A DNA stretch of 64,000 bases from Chiloscyllium plagiosum (Eukaryota), in assembly GCF_004010195.1 (NCBI RefSeq), contig NC_057740.1, forward strand, positions 19,817,949 to 19,881,948, in the 5' to 3' direction. Position numbers and translations under genes: made by a program. Every line of letters begins with the position of its first letter. The stretch's first letter is position 1. Below are positions 38,650 to 48,668 of the stretch, piece by piece. The notes under the pieces are model-generated. The model had not been told where the DNA came from, did not search any database, and saw nothing but the letters and a program-made list of their open reading frames with translations.

Positions 38650-40000
38650 CAGAAAAAACAGAGCCTTTGCGCAACTGCGTACAGGAGAAACATAAAACTG
38701 AATGAATTACTATTGCAAATGCAACTTGGAGGCTATAACATAGCACTACTAAGACATAGTTTGAAGATGATCAGAACTGGGAATTAATTATATCAAGGTT
38801 TTAACATCAACTGGAAACGAGAGATTCAATAGCGGGGAGGAGTAGTTTTGGTTATTAATGATGAAATCGTTTCAGTGCTACAAGTGCATCTAATAAGAGG
38901 CTAGCAGGTACTGAAGACTTCACAGGTAAATCTAAGAAATAAAAAAAATTACAACATTACGGGCAGTTGTGTATAGATCACTAACAGCAGCTGTGAAATA
39001 TTAAATTGCATAATTCCAATGATTAGACACACATATTACAAACGTAATGTGGCAGACCAGCATGATAAAAGTGACTGAATTTCTTGACCAACCAGGATCA
39101 CTTTGATTGGCAAAAGATACAAAAAGTGGGCAAAGTGTGACATTCTCAACTTGGCAGTGTTCAAGGATCAAATATTGGACTGCAGCTATTCACAATCTAC
39201 ATCACTTAGACAAAGAGGCACAGATTAATGCATCAAAGTCTGCTGACAATACAAAGCTATGAGGGAAGGTAAATTGTGAGAAGGACCAAGGCCGACTGCA
39301 AATAATATAGGCAGGTTGTCAGAGCATAATGTGGAGAAGTGTGAGATCATCCACTTTTGGAATGTAGGAATTTTTTTTAAAAGGTATGAAACTTGTAAAT
39401 GTTGATGTTTAGAAAGACATGCAACTCAAGCAACTCAAAATATTACAGGAGCAGTTGAGGAGGAAATGCCATATTGGCTTTTATTGTATGGGGATTAGAG
39501 TAAAAGAATAAAGAAGTCTTGATATAATTATCCAGAATGTTGCTGAGGCCACACATAGAGAGTTATGTGTAGGTTTGGTCTCCATTTTAAGGAAGGATAT
39601 ACTTGCTTTGAAAAGTGAAGGTTCATTAGATATGCCCTGAAAGAGGGGGGCTGTCCTTTGAGGAGAGATTGGCTAAATTAAACCTGTATTCTCATAAAGT
39701 TTAGAAGATTCAAAGTAATCTCATTGAAACATATAAGATTCTGAAGGGGCTTAAGGGGATAAGCATGGAGAAATTGTTTCCCTGTGCTGACAAATCTAAG
39801 ATAAGTTTAGATAAGGATAATAGTTCAGTCATCTAGGACTTAAGGCGATGAGCTATTTCTTCACTCAAAGGGAAGCTTTGGAATTCTCGACCCTAGAGGA
39901 TTGTGCTTCTTTGTTGACTATATTTAAAGCTGAGATAGATACATAATTGGTCTCTGAGGAAACCACAGGATAGGAAAAGCAATTGGGAACATGGAGTCAA
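38650..40000 (+). mobile_element. Old CR1 ORF2 remnants (EN and RT)
   Basis: Degenerate W.LIISRF, VVYRS, SVQGS.LD, KSADNTKL, NVEKCEIIHF motifs. Confidence 0.7.
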
Positions 40001-40879
40001 ATGGTCCTTCCCTCAACAATTTCTACTTTGTACTGTGTTTGCTCAATGATGTCCATTCTCATGCTATTGTAGATTTTGCTGATTTTTGGACACATCTTTG
40101 AGCCTCACCCAAGTTACAACTATTGACTCAGTAGCTTTCTCATTAATTGACACCAATTGAGGCAATAAATTCAGCTTGTTGATAGTTGACTATCACCAGG
40201 TTAACCCTGGTGAACTTTTCTGCAGTTTGTAAAATTTTATTTTAAACTCAGATTTAAGCTTAAATTTAAATTAAAACTAAAAAGTTAAGCTAAATTTCAG
40301 TTAAGCAGCACTCACTTACTTGCACTTCATTTCTGACTGTTGCACTGTGCTCTATGCTCACCAAGTTGATTACAGTCAACCTCATAAGACCTGCTGTTAC
40401 ATAAATAATATTGAAATTGGCCAGGATTTTCTATTTTTTTTCAGCCAAGTGTGGGGCAGGTGTTTTTAGAGGTGAGTTATAGCCCCCCCACCAATCCCTA
40501 CCAGTGAGAAAGCTCGCAGGAGCAAATCTCAATCAGGGATCTAGGTACTGATTGGCAGTTTTCTCAACCAATCAGCTGGAGGGAGGCAGCCCTCAATAGC
40601 AAGGCATCCTGGGCACAGACTACTGGCAAAGAAGCAGCCATCGAGACTGGGACTAGTCAAAAGGTAAGCGATTTTTGTGGAGGATTCATAGGGTAGAAGT
40701 TGTGGGGTGAGAGGTCTCAGCGTAGGGTTTGGGGACATGGACCTTTCCCATTAAGGTTGTCTTTATAAAATTTCTTTTGCGTAAACATTGTTTCTTGTTC
40801 TAGCCATGTGTAACTATTTCATTCTTGAGTCTTCTAATCTTCAGAGTGTTATCCCTATTATCTGTTCACAAGACAATGA

Positions 40880-41535
40880 ATTATAAAGCCCTTTGGAATA
40901 CTTTAGGATACTTCCTGATGACTTCATATAGTATCCATTTTATAGATCTGTTGCCAACCCATGTGGATTTTTTAATAACCCTTCCCTTCCCAAAAGTTGG
41001 GACCTGGCCCCTGCACCACCAGGAAGGGGAGGCAGACTGTTGCAAATACTTAACTGGGGTTACAGTAATAATAATACATAAGGGCTCCCAATGCATGTGG
41101 CCCATCGAGCCTTGCTGGCTTAAAGACATGATACCCATCGGAGTTTCCTAAAGGTTTTCTCCCAATAGATACAGCGGTACATGTGTTGAACTCCATGTAT
41201 ACGGGGTGGTCATTTACCTGGAGTTTTATCTTAATTGCGGTCACTTTTGAAGCAGTGATATAATTTAGCTGTATCAACTCCTCATCCTTCAGCTGATTTA
41301 TTTACATAGCTCTGTCTTGAAATTGCTTCACCCTTTGGCATGGACAGTACACTTTCACCTGTTTTGGTAGCTTTGTCTGGGGCAGATCCTATGACTACAA
41401 ATGCGACATGGGTGTGCTTGCTCCTCAGTGTTTGTGGAGAAACTTCTGGACGAGTTCTGGAATCTTGCAGCCTCCAAGTCTACTTGTCCTTCCTCAGCAA
41501 CCAATGGGAGCCATGAGTCTTATCCACTGGGGAGT
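40880..41535 (-). mobile_element. Decayed Gypsy LTR retrotransposon gag-end/protease region
   Basis: IKIKLQVNDHPVYMEFNTCTAVSI (degenerate DTGA protease motif), EVIRKYPKVFQ. Confidence 0.65.
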
Positions 41536-41539
41536 TGGC

Positions 41540-42105
41540 TCTCCACTCTGTACTACATCCTCAGGAGAATTCATACTCTCAACAAACAATATTTCAATTC
41601 CATCTCAAACATCAAAAACTGTAAGTACAACAAACTTGTATCTACCCAACTCCATAACCTGCGCTCCTCAAACATTCCAGAAGATTCCCCTGGCCTCGGA
41701 AACTACTCAAACGCCATTAGCCATGCGGCTGATGCAGCTGCCACCCCCACACTGATTAATGATGTCACTTCCGCCCTCATCACGGCCACAACCACTTCCG
41801 CCCGTCACTTCCGCCCTCATCACGGCCACAACCACTTCCGCCCCTCACAATTCCTCATGCATCACATGTGACATCACTTCCGCCCCTCACATCATCGCTG
41901 ATGCCACATGCTCAGTGACTTCCGTAACCCCTACTGCCGTGGTCACCACCACTTCCGCACCCACCAGCGCCACTCACCTGCATTCTGCTGACACGCCCCC
42001 CACAGACCCCACTGTCACTATCCCCACCCCCCAGAACCCCGAGGGGAGCACTACCCCTGCTCATGACTCCACCCCCATTCCCCCCACCATCACACCCACT
42101 CCAGG
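41540..42105 (+). mobile_element. Penelope-like element ORF N-terminal region with Pro/Thr-rich linker, runs into an N-gap
   Basis: LYYILRRIHTLNKQYFNSISNIKNCKYNKL followed by a PT-rich tract; CpG-rich; 40-bp tandem duplication 41764-41843. Family assignment is from memory of shark PLEs. Confidence 0.55.
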
Positions 42106-43214
42106 NNNNNNNNNNNNNNNNNNNNNNNNNNNNNNNNNNNNNNNNNNNNNNNNNNNNNNNNNNNNNNNNNNNNNNNNNNNNNNNNNNNNNNNNNNNNNNN
42201 NNNNNNNNNNNNNNNNNNNNNNNNNNNNNNNNNNNNNNNNNNNNNNNNNNNNNNNNNNNNNNNNNNNNNNNNNNNNNNNNNNNNNNNNNNNNNNNNNNNN
42301 NNNNNNNNNNNNNNNNNNNNNNNNNNNNNNNNNNNNNNNNNNNNNNNNNNNNNNNNNNNNNNNNNNNNNNNNNNNNNNNNNNNNNNNNNNNNNNNNNNNN
42401 NNNNNNNNNNNNNNNNNNNNNNNNNNNNNNNNNNNNNNNNNNNNNNNNNNNNNNNNNNNNNNNNNNNNNNNNNNNNNNNNNNNNNNNNNNNNNNNNNNNN
42501 NNNNNNNNNNNNNNNNNNNNNNNNNNNNNNNNNNNNNNNNNNNNNNNNNNNNNNNNNNNNNNNNNNNNNNNNNNNNNNNNNNNNNNNNNNNNNNNNNNNN
42601 NNNNNNNNNNNNNNNNNNNNNNNNNNNNNNNNNNNNNNNNNNNNNNNNNNNNNNNNNNNNNNNNNNNNNNNNNNNNNNNNNNNNNNNNNNNNNNNNNNNN
42701 NNNNNNNNNNNNNNNNNNNNNNNNNNNNNNNNNNNNNNNNNNNNNNNNNNNNNNNNNNNNNNNNNNNNNNNNNNNNNNNNNNNNNNNNNNNNNNNNNNNN
42801 NNNNNNNNNNNNNNNNNNNNNNNNNNNNNNNNNNNNNNNNNNNNNNNNNNNNNNNNNNNNNNNNNNNNNNNNNNTTGCTGATTTTGGTTTATTTTAAATT
42901 TTGGTTTATTTTAAATTGATTGGATTAAAAATTAAGTATAGAAAACAGCGAAGAAGAAGCCCCTTCAGATCGCTATACAGAGGCTGTAAGCTCTCCCACT
43001 GCCTGTATAAAAAGCCAATGGACTGTTCTCAGCCCCTGCCCAGTGCTCTCTCCTTTCACATTGGTGAGGGTGCTGTCTGGGTGACAGGTTCTCATTCCTG
43101 ATGAACTTGAGTGAATCCTTTGGTAATTAAACAACAATCAGATAGGTTTTATGGTTACTGACAAACCCACCAATTACTACATTAATTCCCCTGATTTCAC
43201 AAGCTGCCTTTCAG

Positions 43215-44872
43215 TTTATTTGAAGCGCTCTGCGAGAAGGTGTCTGTTGGCCCCAATGTAGAGGAGACCAACAGATGCAATAAATGACATGTGTGGCAGT
43301 GCAGATGCACATTTGATGGATGTGGAAGGATCTAATGGAGCCTTGGAAGGATGTGACGGGGAAGATGTGGGTGCAGGTTTTGCAATTCCTGTGTTGGCAA
43401 GGGAAGGTGCTAGGAGGGGAGGGTGGGTCATTGGAGGGCGTGGACTTGACTAGGTAGTCGTGCAGGAAACAGTTTTTCTGAAAAGTGGATCGAAGTGGCG
43501 AGGGAAATATATCCCTCAAGTTCAGTGTTACTGACACTTTTTACAAACCCACTGACTCCCACAGCTATCTGGAATATACCTCCTCCCACCCCATCTCTTG
43601 CGCAAATGTGATCAGATATTCCCAATTCCTCCACCTCAATCGCATCTGCTCCCAAAGGAGAAGCACAGCGGTTCAGGAAGCATCTGAGGAGTAGTAAAAT
43701 CGACATTTTGGGCAAAAGCCCTTCATCAGGAACACAGTGAGAGAGCCTGAAGGCTGGAGAGATAATTGAGAGGAGGTTTGGGGTGGGGAGAAAGTAGCAT
43801 AGAATACAATAGGTGAGTGGGAGAGGAGATGAAGGTGATGGGTTAAGGGGGAGGGTGGAGTGGATAGGTGGAAAGGAAGATAGGCAGGTAAGACAAGTCA
43901 TGGGGATATTGCTGAGCTGGAGGTTTGGAGCTGGGGTGAGGTGGGGGAAGGGTAAATAAGGAAACTGGTGAAGTGTACATTGATGCCCTGGGGTTGCAGT
44001 GATCTGAGGCGGAAGATGAGGCGTTCTTCTTCCAGGCGTCGGTTGTGAGGGAGTGGCGGTGTAGGAGACCCAGGACCTCCATGCCCTCGGCTCAGTGGGA
44101 GGGGGAGTTGAAATGTTGGACCACAGGGCAGTGTGGTTGATTGGTGCGCGTGGCCCAGAGATGTTCCATAAAGCGCTCTGCTGGGAGGCGTCCTGTCTCC
44201 CCAATGTTGAGTAGACCGCATCGGGTGCAATGAATATAATAAATTATATTGGTGGATGTGCAGGTGGAACTTTGATGGCTGTGGAAGGCTCCTTTGGGGC
44301 CATGGATGGAGGCGAGGGAGGAGGTGTGACGCAGATTTTGCAATTATTGCGGTGGCAGGGGAAGGTGCCAGGACAGGAGCATGGGTTGTTGGGGGGCGTG
44401 GACCTGACCAGATAGTCACGGAGGGAACGGTCTTTGTGGAAGGCGGAATTGGGTAGGGAGGGAAATATATCCCTGGTGGTGGGGTCCGTTTGGAGATGGT
44501 GGAAATGTCAGCGGATGATTTGGTCTATGCGAAGGTTGGTAGGGTGGAAGTAGAGCACCAGGGGGTTCTGTCCTTGTTACGGTTGGAGGGGTTGGGTCTG
44601 AGGGCGGAGGTTCAGGATGTGGACGAGATGCATTGCGGGGCATCTTTAACCACGTGGGAAGAGAAATTGCGGTTTCTAAAGAAGGAGGCCAACTGGTGTG
44701 TTTTATACTCTATGCTACGTTCTCCCCACCCCCACACCCCTCTACCTTATCTCTCCACGCTTCAGGCTCTCTGCCTTTATTCCTGATGAAGGGCTTTTGC
44801 CCGAAATGTCGATTTCGCTGCTCCTTGGATGCTGCCTGAACTGCTGTGCTCTGCCAGCACCACTAATCCAGA
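43215..44872. mobile_element. Rearranged Penelope-like cluster: GIY-YIG fragments (-), RT thumb fragment 43520-43655 (+), inverted 3' UTR 44720-44872 (+)
   Basis: IIYYIHCTRCGLLNIGETGR..RFMEHL, FYKPTDSHSYLEYTSSHP..IRYSQFLHL.RICS; hammerhead motifs at 43701-43732(-, GAAA mutated) and 44781-44812(+). Confidence 0.88.
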
Positions 44873-45001
44873 AGTTGGCTCTACAGTATGTGAGAAACAC
44901 AAGGCTGAGGATGATTTGGAGATGCCGGTGTTGGACTGGGGTGTACAAAGTTAAAAATCACACAACACCAGATTATAGTCCAACACGTTTAATTGGAAGC
45001 A

Positions 45002-45036
45002 CACTAGCTTTCGGAGCAACGCTCCTTCATCAGGTG
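45002..45036 (-). ncRNA. Minimal hammerhead ribozyme (family A), intact
   Basis: CAC-CUGAUGA-a-GGAGC-guu-GCUCC-GAA-AGCU-A-GUG. Confidence 0.72.
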
Positions 45037-46289
45037 GTAGTGGAGGGCTCAATCCTACACACAGAATTTATAGCAAAAATTTACAGTGTGATGTAACTGA
45101 AAAAAGTTGCATTCTCGGGTTAGCTGTTAACAATGGTGATAGCTAGACAATATGTTGAAGGTGTTGGCCCTCTGTGTTCTTTGTCTATGCCATGATGTTT
45201 AGATTGATTCTAATCTAAAAAGTGAGATAACGGAGTTTTACATAAATTCAAGCAGTTTTTGGGTGAAGTACAATGTAACCCTGCAAGTACAAATTCACCC
45301 CACAAAATATATGTGTGCATGTGGGTCTCTGTCTGTGTGTGTGTGTGTGTGTCTGTCAGGGTTGGGGGTTGTGAGTGTGAGAAAGTGTATGCATATGTGT
45401 ATAGTGAGTACAGAGTATCTTAAGTCCGTGAGGGGGTGCATGTGGGAGTGTGTGTGTCTGTGAGGGTGTGTGTGGGTGTCTGTGTGCGCGTCTGTGTGTA
45501 TTTCTGTCCACGTGTATGTGTGTATAGGAGTGCCTTAGTGTGTGTGTGTGTAGCAGTATCTGTGTGTGTGTGTGTATAGTGCAATGGTGGTCACCTGTAA
45601 TGTGACATGAACCCAAGGTCCTGGTTGAGGTACCCATATTACATTATACAAACACACAGATACTCCTACACACACTAAGGCACTCCTATACACACATACA
45701 CACGGACACACATACACACAGACGCGCACACAGACACCCACACCCATACACACTCTCACAGACACATACACTCCCACACTCACACATGCACCCCCTCACA
45801 GACTCAAGACATTCTGCACTCACTACACACACACACACATACACTTTCTCACACTCACGACCCCCAACCCAGACAGACACACACACAGACAGACAAAGAT
45901 CCACATGCACACATATATTTTGTGGGGTGAATTTGGACTTTCAGGGTTACATTGTACTTTGCTCGAAAACTGCATGCATTCATGTAAAACTCCGTTATCT
46001 CACTTTTTAGATTAGAATCAATCTAAACATCATGGCATAGATGGAGAACACAGGGGGCTAACACCTTCAACATATTGTCTAGCTATCACCATTGTTAACA
46101 GCTAACCCAAGAATGCAACTTTTTAAAAAAAGGTTTTGTGATTTACACATGAAAGAAGTGAAATTATCACTGTATTCTAACAGATGAAAGGCTTAATAAA
46201 CAATCAATTTTTCAATGTATAATTTCAGTTACATCACACTGTAAATTTTTGCTATAAATTCTGTGTGTTAGGATTGAGCCCTCCACTAT

Positions 46290-46324
46290 CACCTGATGAA
46301 GGAGCGTCGCTCCGAAAGCTAGTG
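46290..46324 (+). ncRNA. Minimal hammerhead ribozyme (family A), intact
   Basis: CAC-CUGAUGA-a-GGAGC-guc-GCUCC-GAA-AGCU-A-GUG. Confidence 0.72.
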
Positions 46325-46479
46325 TGCAACGATTAAACCTCTTTGGACTATAACCTGGTGTTGTGTGATTTTTAAGGCTGACGATGGTATCATCTCTGGA
46401 CCCCTGAAATTCCCGATTTCCTTTTTCTGTGTTTTTGCAGGAAAGGGCTCGTTCTCTGATTTGGGGTCATTACTGATGT

Positions 46480-47065
46480 GCTACCAGATCTATCAGTCAG
46501 AAGATTTTGAAGCTGGGTGCTGAAATTCAGGGCCCCACAAGTGGTCAGGAGAATGACTTTTTGATGGTGGTCCCCTTCTATCCCATTTGCTTGCAAGAAG
46601 TATCTCATTCTTTTGGTGTACTGGGGCCAACCCTCCACAACCACATCATTAGGTTGCAGTTTCTCAAACAATGGTATTCTAATATTTTCCTGTCATAGTC
46701 TTACAGAGTTCGTTGAGGGGCAAAACTATCTGAAACTTTTCTTTACTCTTGTCCCTGATTTAATAACCCAGAAAACCAGACTGGAGAGTAACATAATTTA
46801 TGATTAAACATCAAAATAGCATGAATACTCATGGCATTTGCAGGCTAATCTTTGCCCAGGAAAGAAATTTGCACAGACCTACCCTTATAAAGGGTTCAGG
46901 TGGTGGTTCTAGCTGGGCAGGCCATTGTCTGTTTCCAAGGGAACTCATACTCAACAAGCTCCACACAAGATTAATTAGTGATTTCTCCACTGACCTTGTA
47001 GGCGTTATCACACACACAAATGCCAGACAATGGCCCCTTCCAATAAGACATTTACCCACAGCCTC
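46480..47065 (-). mobile_element. Gypsy gag N-terminus and probable 5' LTR remnant
   Basis: LFEKLQP.DVVVEGWPQYTKRMRYFLQANGI...KVILLTTCGA; LTR extent uncertain. Confidence 0.6.
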
Positions 47066-47984
47066 TTGACTTGTAATGGTGTTCGCACGATATTCCCCAC
47101 TATCAAAATTCTGGGGTTTAAATGACCAGAAATTGAATTAGCCATACAAATAGAGTGGCTACAAGAGCCAGTTAAAGGCTAGAAATCCTGTGAATAACTC
47201 TTCTTCTGACTCTCCAAATCTTGTCCACCATCTACAAGGCACAAGTCAGGAGTCTGATCACTGTCTGCTAGACTGCAGCTCCAGAAACACCCTAGAAACT
47301 TGACACCATCCAGGCCAAAGCAGTTAGTTTGATTGACACCACATCCACATCCTCCACTATCGATGCTCAGTAGCAGCAGCACTTACCCGACAAGATGCAC
47401 TGCAGAAATTCACCAAAGCTCCTTAAACAGTACCTTCAAAACCCACAACTCTTTCCATCTCAAGTAATGAGGGCAGCAAATATCTGTACCTGCTACCTGC
47501 TAGATCCACTTCAAATCACTCCACAGCCTGACTTGGAAATATATCGCAGTTCCTTCAGAGTTGTTGGGTCAAAATTCTGGAATTTCCTCTCTAATAGCAT
47601 TGTGGATCTACTTAAGGCACAGGGACTACAACAATTCAAGAAGGTGACTCTCTGCCACCTTTTCAAAGGGTAACTAGGAATAGGTGATACATGTTGGCCC
47701 TGCCATCAATACCCACATCCCATGAATGAATAAAAAGGTCCTTGCTCATTAATCAGTGCTTCATGCGTCTTGGAGCTGGATTCCTGCTTCCCAAACTTCA
47801 GCAAAAGCCCTTATCTGAGGTGAGACTGCACTGTGTATTACCCTGGGGAGAAAAGCTGAGTTGCTATCTTTGTTCTATATACCATCAATTTTGATTGAGA
47901 ATGTGTAGTTTTAATGTAGGTTGCAACATTCAGCATGTAATGCTGTTAAAAATGAAATACAAAATGAAAACTTGTTATGAGTAG

Positions 47985-47990
47985 TTTATT
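47985..47990 (-). terminator. Candidate polyadenylation signal (AATAAA) of the mucin gene; AU-rich 3' UTR of ~600 nt
   Basis: AATAAA on the minus strand followed ~12-20 nt later by CA and a U-rich tract; repeat-free AT-rich interval up to the stop codon. Other AATAAA copies exist in the UTR. Confidence 0.5.
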
Positions 47991-48575
47991 TTAGGCTTTC
48001 ATTATTTTGACATGATTTACAAAAATAGACAGCTTTGTAAATGTTCATCACCCAAGAAAAAATAATTTTATAAATACATTAACCTATTTATTCTGTCATT
48101 CGAATATTTTAAATAGTTTCCAATAATCATTTAATAGAATTATTAGATCACCACAGTACTATTTATTATTAAAGTTCATATCATTGAGATTCATGTAGAT
48201 AATAGAGATAAATATAACATTTAACATAATACAGATGTCTGACTGATGACAATAATTTATTGCAACTGATGCACAAACCAAACATTCAAGTCACAAAAGC
48301 ATGACAAGCATTTGTTATTTTGATTTTATTTTAGTTTAATACTTGAACATTGTGTCTTCAATATAATATTCTTTGACAACGTTTTTCATCTTTAGTGCTT
48401 TTCTTCAAGTAAAGTCTTAAAAGTTTCTTAGAGGACTATCCAGAGTTGCAACGAATAATTAATTTGGATTGGTTCTGTTTAGCTACATAATTGTAATACG
48501 TTATTTCTACTTTAATCACTAATTTGCATGTTTGCAGTTTATCACCAATGTTTTTTTATTGTTAATGTTTTTCTG

Positions 48576-48668
48576 TCAGTAGAATTTTTGATGTGGAAAG
48601 TAAAAGCCTGCAGGGTCTTGCATCATGTTGTAGAATCCTTGGTGCTTCTTTTTCAAGCACAGTGCAAT
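48576..48668 (-). CDS. Mucin terminal coding exon, cytoplasmic tail (IALCLKKKHQGFYNMMQDPAGFYFPHQKFY*)
   Basis: atctttcag acceptor, phase 0, TGA at 48578-48576; resembles the MUC16 tail pattern (basic cluster, G.YN.....GYY..H). Confidence 0.88.
   Translation of the reverse strand: MALCLKKKHQGFYNMMQDPAGFYFPHQKFY

Larger units (their letters stand above)
44914..46373 (-). mobile_element. Family A Penelope-like insertion forming a ~1.43-kb palindrome (inverted pLTRs with CA/GT microsatellites), 13-bp TSD
   Basis: Arms 44951-~45575 and ~45647-46375; centre encodes PLE ORF end LNQDLGFMSHYR* (45629-45591, -); AAGGCTGA(G/C)GATG at 44901-44913 and 46374-46386. Confidence 0.88.

Noticed and set aside
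41759-42105. Pro/Thr/Ser-rich ORF resembling a mucin PTS domain
   Set aside because: It is on the opposite strand and downstream of the mucin gene's 3' end, is frameshifted by a 40-bp duplication, and continues a Penelope-like ORF; the reported 386 aa is inflated by the N-gap.
45263-46010. His/Thr-rich and Val/Cys-rich ORFs
   Set aside because: Translations of (CA)n/(GT)n microsatellites in the PLE 3' UTR.
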